The position numbers and the translations under genes are program-made. From the NCBI GenBank assembly GCA_963713075.1, contig CAVQKO010000014.1, positions 367,858-431,857 of the forward strand: a DNA stretch of 64,000 nucleotides, in the 5' to 3' direction. Position 1 is the stretch's first letter. Every line of letters begins with the position of its first letter. Of the stretch, positions 19,544 to 32,644 are shown one piece after another. Under the pieces are notes generated by a model. It was not told the origin of the DNA. It worked only from the letters and a program-made list of their open reading frames with translations, and did not search any database. Source of the DNA: an uncultured Chloroflexia bacterium (GTDB lineage: Bacteria; Chloroflexota; Limnocylindria; Limnocylindrales; CSP1-4).

Positions 19544-19879
19544 GTGATCGTGTGCGTGCCCGTCACTCCCGACGGACAGGTGGATTCGAGCTGGGGACGC
19601 GCGCCGCGTGTCGCCGTGGCCAAGGTCGAGGGCGGCCGGATCGCCGCCTGGGACGAGCACGCTGTGGCGTGGGACGCCCTCCACGACGTTGGCACCGAGG
19701 GTGGCCACCACGCCCGCGTGGCAACGTTCCTCCAGGACAACGGGGTGGAGGTCGTCGTGGCCGGGCACATGGGCCCGCCCATGGTGCAGATGCTGGCCAA
19801 GATGCGGATCCTCGCGCGGCTCGGCGTCCACGGGGATGCCCGCTCGGCCGTCGAGGCGGCGGGGCGCCTCGACGCCTAG
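19544..19879 (+). CDS. NifB/NifX family (dinitrogenase FeMo-cofactor-like) protein
   Basis: VCVPVT..VDSSWGRAP and FLQDNGVEVVVAGHMGPPM; RBS AGGAG before GTG. Confidence 0.8.
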   Translation: MIVCVPVTPDGQVDSSWGRAPRVAVAKVEGGRIAAWDEHAVAWDALHDVGTEGGHHARVATFLQDNGVEVVVAGHMGPPMVQMLAKMRILARLGVHGDARSAVEAAGRLDA

Positions 19880-19932
19880 GAGCGCCTGGCGGGACGGCAG
19901 TGCCCGGGCCGGCGGCGGCTAGCGTTCCGCCC

Positions 19933-20976
19933 GTGGACGATCCCGCCATCACGCCGGCGGCGGCCGGCTTCGCGATGCCGCCGGCATGGGCACCCCACGC
20001 GGCCACCCTGATGGCGTGGCCCTGCCGGATCGCGCTGTGGGGCGGGCTGCTCGACCAGGCCAAGGCGGAGTACGCGGCGATGGCGCGCGCGGTCGCCCGC
20101 TTCGAGCCGGTCTTGATGGCATGCCAGCCGGGCACGGCAGCCGAGGTCCGCAGCATGGTGGGGTCGACGGAACATCCGCTCGAGCCCCTCGAGGTGCCGC
20201 TCGACGACTCCTGGGCGCGCGACAGCGGACCGGTCTGTGTGGTCGACCGCGACGGTCGAGTGGCCGCGGTCCAGTTCGCCTTCAACGCCTGGGGCAACCG
20301 CTGGCAGCCGCATGCCGAGGACGCCCGCCTCCCCGAGCGGGTGGCGACGCACCTGGGGATGCGCCTGTTCCGAGCGCCGATGGTGCTCGAGGGCGGCGCG
20401 GTGGAGGTCGACGGCGACGGGACCGTGCTGACCACCGAGCAGTGCCTGCTCAACCCCAACCGGAACCCGGGCATGGGCCGCGGAGAGATCGAGGACACGC
20501 TCCGCGATTACCTGGGCGTGGAGCGCGTCGTCTGGCTTCCCTACGGCCAGGAGACCGACTGCGGCCCCGAGGGCACCGACGGCCACGTGGACGGGGTGGC
20601 GGCGTTCACCGCCCCGGGCCGCCTGCTGCTCGACGTGCGCGAGGATCCCGCGTCGCCCGAGTTCCGAAGCGGACGGGCCAACCTCGCGGCGCTGGCGACG
20701 GCGCCCGATGCGCGGGGACGGGCGCTGGAGGTCCGCACGTTCGACCCGGGGCCGTTCGCGAGCGTGGCGTACGCCAACCACTACCTCGTCAACGGAGCGG
20801 TCATCGTGCCGCTGGCTGGCGAGCCGGAGGCGGACGCCCGCGCCCTCGAGGCGATCGGCGAGGCGCACGGCGGGCGCGAGGCGGTGGGCGTGCCCGGCAT
20901 GGTGCTCGCGGCCGGCGGCGGCGGCCCGCACTGCATCACCCAGCCGATCCCGGCGGGCCCGATCGCGCAAGCGTGA
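19933..20976 (+). CDS. Agmatine deiminase family protein
   Basis: MPPAWAPHAATLMAWP, DSWARDSGP, LEGGAVEVDG, TDGHVD and GGGGPHCITQ (catalytic Cys). Confidence 0.92.
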   Translation: MDDPAITPAAAGFAMPPAWAPHAATLMAWPCRIALWGGLLDQAKAEYAAMARAVARFEPVLMACQPGTAAEVRSMVGSTEHPLEPLEVPLDDSWARDSGPVCVVDRDGRVAAVQFAFNAWGNRWQPHAEDARLPERVATHLGMRLFRAPMVLEGGAVEVDGDGTVLTTEQCLLNPNRNPGMGRGEIEDTLRDYLGVERVVWLPYGQETDCGPEGTDGHVDGVAAFTAPGRLLLDVREDPASPEFRSGRANLAALATAPDARGRALEVRTFDPGPFASVAYANHYLVNGAVIVPLAGEPEADARALEAIGEAHGGREAVGVPGMVLAAGGGGPHCITQPIPAGPIAQA

Positions 20977-21155
20977 CCGCGGACTGCAGCATCCCCGCAG
21001 ACCGCGCCCCCAAGCGGCCGTGCCGCGCCGTCCCGCGGGACGTGTCGCCCAGATGACAGCCGCCGCGTCGCATGGGGGCTGGTCAGCGGGGCCCTGAGCG
21101 CCCAACATGCACCGATCAGGGGCAACGGGGACCGAGACCACCAAGGAGCAACACG

Positions 21156-21374
21156 ATGGCCAAGGCGAGCGACATCCATCCCGAGGACCAGGCGAAGCCG
21201 ACCGACGAGGCAGCGGAAGCCGCCCTCGACCAGGAGGACGACGTCGAGGGCCACTCGATGCTCCCCAGCCCCACGGTCGGGCGCGAGCTCGCACGGGCCC
21301 GCAGCGCCGAGGTGGAGCGGTCGGTCCGGGCCAAGAATTTCGAGCACGAGGCCAAGCGGGTCTTCCGCCGCTAA
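21156..21374 (+). CDS. 72-aa peptide with acidic N-half, DDVEGH motif and basic helical C-half
   Basis: Strong RBS AAGGAG 7 nt before ATG, GC3-biased codons, and a hairpin after the stop. Confidence 0.78.
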   Translation: MAKASDIHPEDQAKPTDEAAEAALDQEDDVEGHSMLPSPTVGRELARARSAEVERSVRAKNFEHEAKRVFRR

Positions 21375-21417
21375 GCCCCCTCCGGCGCGAACCGCGCGAC
21401 ACACCGGATCATCACCC

Positions 21418-21454
21418 AGAGGGGCCGGCCCGCGTCCCGGGGCCGGCCTCTTCT
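21418..21454 (+). terminator. Hairpin/terminator downstream of the peptide gene
   Basis: AGAGGGGCCGGCCC ... GGGCCGGCCTCTTCT inverted repeat with a short pyrimidine tail. Confidence 0.6.
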
Positions 21455-21573
21455 CGTGCGCGCGCCCTGGTCGGCAAGCCCGCCGCGCCCGCCACCCGCT
21501 GCACGCCCGGCGGCCGGGCTGTGTAGCATCGCGTCCTCGGCCCGGATCGAGGCCGATCTCGTGGGAGTGGGGC

Positions 21574-22284
21574 ATGGCCGGCTCGCCGTCGAGCACCGCG
21601 TTCGCGATCGAGGCGCTGGGCCGCAGCGCGCTGTTCGCGCGCCTCACCCCAGAGGCGCTCGCCGCCTGCGCCGCCAGGCTGCGCATCCGCCGCTACCGCC
21701 GGGGCGAGACGATCTTCCACCAGGGCGACCTCGGCGACTCGCTGTACATCATCGAGTCGGGCGCGGTGAAGATCGTGCTGCCGTCGCCCGAGGGCGAGGA
21801 GGGGGCCATCATCGCCACTCTGGGCCGCGGCGACTTCTTCGGCGAGCTGGCCCTGCTCGACGGGGCGCCCCACTCGGCCACCGCGATCGCCAGCGATGCC
21901 GTGGATGCGCTGATCCTCCAGCGGGCCGTCTTCGCCGAGCTGCTCGAGACGCAGGCCGACCTGCGGAATGCGCTGATCGGGGGGCTCGTGGCGGAGCTGC
22001 GCAGGCTGACCGACCACGTCGAGGACCTGCACTTCCTCGACCTGCCCGGACGACTCGCCAACCGGATCGTCCGGGTGGCCCGCCAGTCCCGGCCCGGGGA
22101 GCTCCGTGACGTTCGCGTCGAGTGGCGGTACACGCAGTCTGAGCTGGGCGCGATGATCGGCGGCACCCGCCAGACGGTGAACCGGCTGCTGGCCGACCTC
22201 ACCGCCCAGGACCTCATCCGCATCGAGGGCGACGAGCTGGTGATCCCCGACCTCGACGCGCTGGCGCGGATCGCGGCACGATGA
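21574..22284 (+). CDS. Crp/Fnr family transcriptional regulator (cNMP-binding)
   Basis: IFHQGDLGDSLYIIESGAVKI, GDFFGELALLDGAPHSATA and HTH TQSELGAMIGGTRQTVNRLL. Confidence 0.93.
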   Translation: MAGSPSSTAFAIEALGRSALFARLTPEALAACAARLRIRRYRRGETIFHQGDLGDSLYIIESGAVKIVLPSPEGEEGAIIATLGRGDFFGELALLDGAPHSATAIASDAVDALILQRAVFAELLETQADLRNALIGGLVAELRRLTDHVEDLHFLDLPGRLANRIVRVARQSRPGELRDVRVEWRYTQSELGAMIGGTRQTVNRLLADLTAQDLIRIEGDELVIPDLDALARIAAR

Positions 22285-23150
22285 CCCGCGAGGAGCGGCT
22301 CCTCCGGTCGATCGCGCTGCGGGTGGAGGCCGCGCGCCGGCTCGAGGGGAGCGCCGCCGGCCAGGTGCTGCAGTCGGTCGTGGAGGCGACCGTCGCCCTG
22401 TTCGACGCGGAGGCGGCGTCGATCGCGCTGTTCGACGCAGCCACCGGCCGGCTCGTCTACGAGGTGGCGGCGGGCGAGCGCGGCCAGGGCGTCATCGGCC
22501 TCGCGATCACGCCCGACCAGGGGATCGCGGGCTACGCGTTCACGACCGGGCAGGCGCTCGCGATCTCCGATGTCGAGCGCGACGCACGGTTCGGGCGGGC
22601 GACGGCCGAGCGCACCGGTTACGTGCCGCGCTCGATCGTGGCGGTGCCGCTCCTCGACGAGCAGGGGACGATCGGTGTGCTCCAGGTGCTCGACAAGCGC
22701 AGCGCCGCCGCGTTCTCGCTCCAGGACGTCGAGCTCGCGAGCGTGTTCGCCCGCCAGGCCTCGGTCGCCATCCGGGCGAGCCGCGTGGAGCGCGACACCG
22801 CCGCCCTCCTGGCCATGACGCTGCGGCGCCTGGCGGAGGAGGGGCGAGCATCGCCGGACGCTGCCGGTGATGCGGGTGCCAGGGCTGACGGGGCCGGAGC
22901 TGAAGAGGCAGCGGCTGACGAGGCCGCCATCGACGCTCTGGTCGCGCGCGCCACCGCCGAGCTCGGGCGTGACGACGACTCGGGCCTGTGGCGCCTGGCG
23001 GAGCGCGTGGCCCGCCTGCGAGAGGCCGACCCCGCAGCGGTGGACCTGCTGGCAGACCTGCTCGACGTCCTGGCCGCCCGTGCGGAGCGGACGCGTCGCC
23101 GCGGTCCGGCCGACACCGCCGCCCGCTTCGCCGCGCTCGACGACGCGTGA
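22281..23150 (+). CDS. Stand-alone GAF domain protein with helical C-terminus
   Basis: AEAASIAL, QGIAGYAFTTGQ, RSIVAVPL..IGVLQVLDK and FSLQDVELA; ATGA overlap with the Crp gene. Confidence 0.88.
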   Translation: MTREERLLRSIALRVEAARRLEGSAAGQVLQSVVEATVALFDAEAASIALFDAATGRLVYEVAAGERGQGVIGLAITPDQGIAGYAFTTGQALAISDVERDARFGRATAERTGYVPRSIVAVPLLDEQGTIGVLQVLDKRSAAAFSLQDVELASVFARQASVAIRASRVERDTAALLAMTLRRLAEEGRASPDAAGDAGARADGAGAEEAAADEAAIDALVARATAELGRDDDSGLWRLAERVARLREADPAAVDLLADLLDVLAARAERTRRRGPADTAARFAALDDA

Positions 23151-23959
23151 CCGAGCTCCCCGTCCCGGCCTGGAGCGAGCCGTTCCTCACCGGGCGCCGC
23201 GCCTCGCTCGACCGGCCGCGCCCGCTCGGCCCGGTGGACCGCGAGCTCGCCTTCGGGGGCAGCGACGGCGCGGGGGTCACGGTCGCCATCGTCGATTCGG
23301 GCGTGGACGGCTCGCATGCGGCGGTCGGGGGTCGTCTGGTGGCCAGCGTCCGGGTGGCGCTCGACGAGGATGGCGCGCGCGTCGTCGACGACCCTGAGGG
23401 CCGCGACGTCGTGGGCCACGGAACCGCGTGCGCGGGGATCATCCACGCGCTTGCACCTGCCGCCGACATCGTGTCGGTGCGCGTCCTCGGGCCGGACAAC
23501 CGCGGCAAGGGCGCCGTGTTCGCCGCCGGCCTCGAATGGGCGATCAAGCGGGGAGCGACGGTGGTCAACCTCTCGCTCTCGTCGCGCAGCGAGGCGCTCG
23601 TCGGCGCGTTCCACGAGCTGGCCGACCGCGCGTACTTCGAGAACGTGCTGCTCGTCTGCGCCGCGAACAACGTGCCAGGTGCCAGCTACCCGTCGCTGTT
23701 CGCGTCGGTGGTCTCGGTGGCGGCCCACGACGTGCCCGACGCCTGGACCTGGTTCTACAACCCGAGGCCGCCGGTCGAGTTCGGGGCGCGCGGCGTGGGC
23801 GTCGAGGTGGCCTGGCGGGACGGGGGGCGCATCGTCGCGACCGGGAACAGCTTCGCGGCGCCGCACGTCGCGGGCCTCGCCGCGCTCATCCGCTCGAAGC
23901 ACCCCCAGGCGAGCCCCTTCGAGGTGAAGGCCATGCTCGCCGCGACCGCCGACCGGTGA
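23147..23959 (+). CDS. S8 family subtilisin-like serine peptidase without signal peptide or long prodomain
   Basis: Catalytic triad motifs AIVDSG, HGTACAG and GNSFAAPHV; GTGA overlap with the GAF gene. Confidence 0.9.
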   Translation: MTELPVPAWSEPFLTGRRASLDRPRPLGPVDRELAFGGSDGAGVTVAIVDSGVDGSHAAVGGRLVASVRVALDEDGARVVDDPEGRDVVGHGTACAGIIHALAPAADIVSVRVLGPDNRGKGAVFAAGLEWAIKRGATVVNLSLSSRSEALVGAFHELADRAYFENVLLVCAANNVPGASYPSLFASVVSVAAHDVPDAWTWFYNPRPPVEFGARGVGVEVAWRDGGRIVATGNSFAAPHVAGLAALIRSKHPQASPFEVKAMLAATADR

Positions 23960-24047
23960 CGGCGGGGTCGAGCGGACGCACGACCGCCGCCGGCGGGGCC
24001 GGCGGCGGCGGGGGAGGCGGGTGGTCGGGCGGCCGCCCGACCCGGGG

Positions 24048-25066
24048 TCAGCGCTGGAGGTCGGCCGGGGTGCTGAAGGAGCGCAGCGCCGCCATGTAGT
24101 TGGCCCGCTCGAACAGTGACGGGTCCTCCACGTTGGCCGCCGAGGCCGAGCCGCGGAGCTGGTCCACGGACTCGTACTCGTGCTCCTCCATCCAGGATGC
24201 GAGACCGTCGACGAGGGCCTTCATCCGCAGCACGCCGTGCTGGAGCACCGCCGACGCGGTCATCGCCACGTCCGCGCCGACCAGCAGCGCCTTGGCCGCG
24301 TCGACCGCGGTGTGGATGCCCGAGGTCGCGGCCAGGCCCACGCCGGGGCCGAGCTGCGGCCGCAGGATCGCGATCCAGCGCATCGGCAGCCGGAGCTCGG
24401 CCGAGGTGGACAGCGACACCTTGTTGACGATGTCGAGCGAATCGAGGTCGAGGTCGGGCTGGTAGAAGCGGTTGAACAGGACGAGGCCGCCCGCGCCGGC
24501 CGCGACGGCGCTCGACGCGAAGTTGGCGAGCGCCGAGTAGTACGGGCTCAGCTTCACCGCCAGCGGGATCGTCACGGCGGCGCGGACCGACGCGATCATC
24601 TCGAGGTCCCGCGCCTCGCGGTCGGTGCCGGTGAGGGCGGGGTCGGCGACAACGTGGTAGAGGTTGAGCTCGAGCGCGTCAGCACCGCTGTCCTGCATCA
24701 GGCGCGCGTAGCGGACCCAGCCGCCCGCGGTGGCGGCGTTGAGGCTGGCGACCACGGGGATCGACACCCCCGCCCTGGTCTTCTCGAGCCGGGCCAGGTA
24801 CCGGTCTCCGGTGCCCTTGTAGCCCTCGATCTGGGGGAAGTAGGAGAGGGCCTCGCCGAACTGCTCGTCACCCTGCTCGAGCGAGCGGTTGAGCTCGATC
24901 TCCTCGTTGAGGATCTCCTCCTCGAACAGCGAGGGCAGGACGACGGCGCCCGCCCCCGCCTCCTCGAGGCGCTTCACCACGGCCGGGTCGCCGGTCCACG
25001 GCGAGGACGACGCGACGATCGGGCTCCGCAGGGCCAGCCCGAGATAGCGGGTGCGCAGGTCGGCGC

Positions 25067-25070
<4 letters not shown>
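24048..25070 (-). CDS. Dihydroorotate dehydrogenase-like flavoprotein
   Basis: YLGLALRSPIVASSSP, SLFEEEI, AVKLSPY, FNRFYQPD and FERANY; coupled to PFOR. Confidence 0.88.
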
Positions 25071-28681
<3,611 letters not shown>

Positions 28682-28946
28682 ACTTCGCTGCTTCCTTTCG
28701 GGCGGCGCCAGCCACCCGGGATGGTGGCGGTGGATTGGAGACGCGGGCACACGCGGAGGTTGCCCCTCCGGCGCGCACCGGAATTGTGCGCCTTCCCGGC
28801 ACGGCGGCAGGCGTCCCAACGGACCCCACATCGCGGCCCGCAGGTCAGGCGATGCGGGTCCATCGGGCGCGATTACAGTCCGATCGGCCCGGGCGAGGGG
28901 CGCCGCTTGACCGCCCGGCGGCGGCCCCAATACCCTCCCTCCGACC

Positions 28947-29009
28947 GGCGATGGGTCCCGCCGAGGCGCGCCGCGCGCCTGAACCGCCCGCCCGGGCTGA
29001 TGGCCCCTG
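28947..29009 (+). promoter_or_regulatory. Fluoride riboswitch (crcB motif)
   Basis: GGCGATGG-gtc-CCGCC ... AACCGC ... GCTGATGGCCCCT matches the consensus; directly upstream of crcB; putative promoter TTGACC-N18-TACCCT at 28907-28936. Confidence 0.88.
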
Positions 29010-29061
29010 GCCTGCGACCGCAGGGCTGGGGGCTTTCTGTTGCCCAGAAGACGGAGACCGG

Positions 29062-29430
29062 ATGACGTACCTGGCCATCTCGCTCGGCGCGATCCTCGGC
29101 GCGAACACCCGGTTCATGCTCGGCGGCTGGGTGCTCGACCGGCTGGGCCCCGAGTACCCGTACAGCACGCTGCTGATCAACGTGACCGGCTCGTTCGTGA
29201 TCGGCCTCGCCTACGCGCTGATCGAGCGCCACGGGGCGCCGGACTGGGTCCGTCCGCTCGTGATCGTGGGCTTCCTGGGCGCCTACACGACGTTCTCGAC
29301 GTTCTCGCTCGACACGCTCGCCCTTGTCGAGCGCGGGGCGTGGCTGGCGGCCGGCTCGTACGTGCTCGGCAGCGTGGTGGCGTCGTTCGCCGCGGTCTGG
29401 GCTGGGGTGACGTTCGGTGGGCTCGGCTGA
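29062..29430 (+). CDS. crcB: Fluoride efflux channel CrcB/Fluc
   Basis: GAILGANTRF, TLLINVTGSF and GFLGAYTTFSTF. Confidence 0.95.
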   Translation: MTYLAISLGAILGANTRFMLGGWVLDRLGPEYPYSTLLINVTGSFVIGLAYALIERHGAPDWVRPLVIVGFLGAYTTFSTFSLDTLALVERGAWLAAGSYVLGSVVASFAAVWAGVTFGGLG

Positions 29431-29442
29431 CCGGCGCCCGCG

Positions 29443-29844
29443 TCAGGTCGCCGTCCGCCCGACCCGCTGGACCAACTGGACGGGGTGCCCGTCGGGATCC
29501 TCGACGAACGCCACCCGAAGGCGACCGTCCAGGAACGGGTGCGGCGCCGCGTGGTCGACGGCGCCGGCCTCGAGGGCCATGGCGTAGCCGGCGTCGACGT
29601 CGTCGGTCCAGAGCGTGATGCACGCGCGGTGGCCGGCGGTCACGGGCGTGATCCCGTGGCTCGCCGCCGCGGGCCCGGGCAGCGCCAGTCCCAGCGTGAA
29701 CCCGCCCAGCTCCATCTCGATCTTGACGGGCGGGCTCTCTCGCGTGCGGAAGGACTCCACGAACCCGAACCTGGCGTAGAAGCGCGCACTGGCCTCGCAG
29801 TCGGCGACGAACAGGATCGCCTGCGGATCGGTGAAGGTCGGCAT
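29443..29844 (-). CDS. VOC/glyoxalase family protein
   Basis: SARFYARFGF, LWTDDVDA and AFVEDPDGHPVQL. Confidence 0.85.
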   Translation of the reverse strand: MPTFTDPQAILFVADCEASARFYARFGFVESFRTRESPPVKIEMELGGFTLGLALPGPAAASHGITPVTAGHRACITLWTDDVDAGYAMALEAGAVDHAAPHPFLDGRLRVAFVEDPDGHPVQLVQRVGRTAT

Positions 29845-29951
29845 GGCGCGAGGATACCCGCGTGCTGCGGGGCCTTCACGTGGGGCAGCCGCGGTCGCCC
29901 GCGCCGCGGCCCGCGAGCGCGATCGCGCGATCACTGCTAAGGTTCCGCGCC

Positions 29952-30144
29952 GTTGGCTTGACGACAGGGGCATCAACCGCATATCGCCGTCCGGCAGGGA
30001 GTCCTGCCGACCGATTGTCCTCCCGCTCGCGAGAGGCGCGATCGCCCCCCGCGCTGCCCTCCCGGCGCGACGCCAACCTCCTCTGACCGGCCGGCGCCGT
30101 CCTATCGCCACGGCGGCCCGACCACCGTGCCCGGCAGAGAGGAG
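29952..30144 (+). promoter_or_regulatory. Structured 5' leader, candidate cis-regulatory RNA
   Basis: Nested helices closed by GTTGGC/GCCAAC, plus an anti-SD CTCCTCT (30078-30084) complementary to the SD AGAGGAG (30138-30144); extended -10 TGCTAAGGT at 29935-29943. Confidence 0.45.
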
Positions 30145-30148
30145 CACC

Positions 30149-30907
30149 TTGGGGTTCATCGCCACCCGTCGCGCCCTCGCGACCACGGCCCTGGCGGCCG
30201 TCTCCCTGTTCAGTGTCGCTGCGACGCCCGTCGCGGCAGCGGCCCCCACCAGCAGCTCGGCCACCGCCGCCGTGCGCGTCGTCCGCATCGCCGAGGCCCA
30301 GCGCGGCAAGCGGTACGCCTACGGCGCCAGCGGCCCGTCCGCGTTCGACTGCTCCGGGCTGGTCCAGTACGCGTACCGAAAGGCCGGCGTCGCCAGCCGC
30401 CTCGGCGGCGGCCACTCCGGGTACGGCATGCTCGCCTGGGGCCGCGCCCACCACCTGTTCAGCCGCACGGCGCCCCAGATCGGCGACGTCGTCATCTACG
30501 GCAACGGCGCCCACGCCGCGATCTACATCGGCCACGGCCGGGTGATCAGCGCGCTCAACCCGACGCAGGGCATCCGGATCACCGGCATCCACGCCCTGCA
30601 CCAGTCGGTCACCGGGTACATCCACACGCACCTCGGGCGGAAGACGATCAGCGCCGCGCAGCCGCGCCCGCGCACGCCGGCCAAGGCCACGTCGAGCTCC
30701 GCGTCGACGGCGAAGCTCGTGCGGACCCGCTATTTCGTCAACCTGCGGGCCAGCGCCACGACCGAGAGCCGGGCACTCGCCGTCCTCCGGCCGGGCGTCC
30801 AGCTGCGCGTGCTCGGCTCCACGATCCGCGCCGCGAAGCGGTGGGACCACGTGGTGTACCGGGGCCGCAGCTACTGGGTCCGCGCCGACCTGGTGCGCGC
30901 CGGCTGA
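30149..30907 (+). CDS. NlpC/P60 cell-wall endopeptidase with C-terminal SH3b-like domain
   Basis: Signal peptide, YAYGASGPSAFDCSGLV, GDVVIY, HAAIYIG and VNLR...WDHV..YWV; TTG start after GAGGAG. Confidence 0.88.
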   Translation: MGFIATRRALATTALAAVSLFSVAATPVAAAAPTSSSATAAVRVVRIAEAQRGKRYAYGASGPSAFDCSGLVQYAYRKAGVASRLGGGHSGYGMLAWGRAHHLFSRTAPQIGDVVIYGNGAHAAIYIGHGRVISALNPTQGIRITGIHALHQSVTGYIHTHLGRKTISAAQPRPRTPAKATSSSASTAKLVRTRYFVNLRASATTESRALAVLRPGVQLRVLGSTIRAAKRWDHVVYRGRSYWVRADLVRAG

Positions 30908-31133
30908 GATCACCGTGTCTCCGGCCGCGGGCGAGCGCCGCCGTCAGGGACACCGCTCAGCTCCTGTCGGGGACGCGGACGGACGCCCGCATCGGGGCTG
31001 GCGCTCAGCAGGACGGCGTCGCGTCCGCAGTGTGCGCGCCGGGCGGGCGGGTCCGTGCCCGGCGCCCGCAGTCCGCGCGCCCGGCGGGCGTGTCGCTGAC
31101 AGGCGCCCGCAGCCCGGCGCGCCCGCCGGCCTG

Positions 31134-32579
31134 TCAGCCCTGGCGCGTCCCCGACGCCGCCGGCCCGCCCGCCCCGACGGCGGCCAGCTGACCCTCCACC
31201 GCCCCGCGCTTGCCGGACCCGCGGATCAGGCTCGTCACGATGCCGATCGCGCACACGGCGGCTGCGACCCAGAACGCATCGTGGATCGCGCCCGCGAGCG
31301 CCGCGCCCGGCGAGGCAGCCCCGGCCATGTGCACCGGCAGCCGTGTCGCCACGATGGCGGCCGAGAGCGCGATGCCCAGCGACTGGCCGGTCACCCGCAT
31401 CTGCGCGAGCGTCCCCGACGCCGTGCCCACGCGCCGCCCGGGCACCGAGCCCAGGACCGCCGAGCTGTTGGGGCTCATGAACAGGCCCTGCCCGATGCCC
31501 ATGATGATCAGCCGCCAGATCAGGTCGGGCAGGGCGAACTCCACCGGCAGCTGGGTGAGGCTGAGCAGCGCCAGCACCATGAGCACCATGCCGGCGCTCG
31601 CCGGGAGGGCCGGCCCGAAGCGGTCAGCGGCGATCCCCGAGAACGGGGCGACGATCGCCATGGAGATCGGCACCGGCGTCAGCAGCAGCCCGGCCTCGAC
31701 GGGCGAGAACCCGCGGCCCTGCTCGAGCAGGAATGGCAGCAGGAACGTGGCCGTGAACAGGCCCGAGAACGCCACCACCACGCTGGCGAGGCCGAAGCTG
31801 AACGGCCGCACCCGGAACAGCGCGAGGTCGAGCAGCGGCTGCACCGTGGCGCGCTCGGCGTAGAGGAACGCCGCGCCGAGGACGATGAAGGCAGCCGCCA
31901 GCAGCAGCGTTGCCGGCGACGTCCAGCCCCAGCTCTGGCCCTCGGAGAGCGCGAGCAGCAGGCTGAACAGCGCGAGGCCGGAGAGCGCCGCACCGCGGAT
32001 GTCGAACGACTGGTCGCGGCCCCGGCCCTCGGCCGGGAGCACCCGCCAGGCCCACAGGATGGCGATGACGCCGATGGGCGCGTTGATCAGGAAGATCGAC
32101 CGCCATGAGGCGACCTGCGTCAGCACGCCGCCGAGCGCCGGCCCCAGACTCAACCCCAGCGAGACGCTCACGCCGTTGAGGCCGAGGGCGCGGCCCCGCT
32201 CGCTGGCGTCGAAGGTGCGCGCGACGACGGCCGGCCCCATGGCCATGATCGCCGCCGCGCCGCACGCCTGGAGCGCCCGGAAGCCGACCAGCCAGAGCTC
32301 GTTCGGCGACAGCCCGCACAGCACACTCGAGACGGTGAACAGCGCGAACCCCATGAGGTAGACGCGCTTGAACGTGGCCACCTCGCCGAGCCGGCCCACG
32401 GGCAGGAGCAGGCTGCCGACGATCAGGAGGTAGGCGACGACGACCCACTCCACGGTGGTCAGGTCGATGCGGAAGTCGGACTGGATGGCGGGGAGCGCGA
32501 TGTTGACGATGCTCCCGTCCAGCGTGGACATGAGCGACCCGAGTGAGACCGTCGAGAGGATGAGCCACTTGCGCTGCAC
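31134..32579 (-). CDS. DHA2 family MFS transporter (EmrB/QacA-like)
   Basis: LDGSIVNIALP, ERGRALG and WRSIFLINAPIG; about 14 TM helices. Confidence 0.9.
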   Translation of the reverse strand: MQRKWLILSTVSLGSLMSTLDGSIVNIALPAIQSDFRIDLTTVEWVVVAYLLIVGSLLLPVGRLGEVATFKRVYLMGFALFTVSSVLCGLSPNELWLVGFRALQACGAAAIMAMGPAVVARTFDASERGRALGLNGVSVSLGLSLGPALGGVLTQVASWRSIFLINAPIGVIAILWAWRVLPAEGRGRDQSFDIRGAALSGLALFSLLLALSEGQSWGWTSPATLLLAAAFIVLGAAFLYAERATVQPLLDLALFRVRPFSFGLASVVVAFSGLFTATFLLPFLLEQGRGFSPVEAGLLLTPVPISMAIVAPFSGIAADRFGPALPASAGMVLMVLALLSLTQLPVEFALPDLIWRLIIMGIGQGLFMSPNSSAVLGSVPGRRVGTASGTLAQMRVTGQSLGIALSAAIVATRLPVHMAGAASPGAALAGAIHDAFWVAAAVCAIGIVTSLIRGSGKRGAVEGQLAAVGAGGPAASGTRQG

Positions 32580-32644
32580 CGGTCGAGGCTACCTGATCGC
32601 TTCGGGTACCGAACGGCGCCGCTCCCGGCCATGCCCAGCGCCGG

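Noticed and set aside
19544-19879. Nitrogen fixation inferred from the NifX-like and nifJ genes
   Set aside because: Both families are widespread outside diazotrophs, and no nifHDK genes are present.
29950-30145. c-di-AMP (ydaO) riboswitch
   Set aside because: The conserved ydaO blocks were not found by eye.
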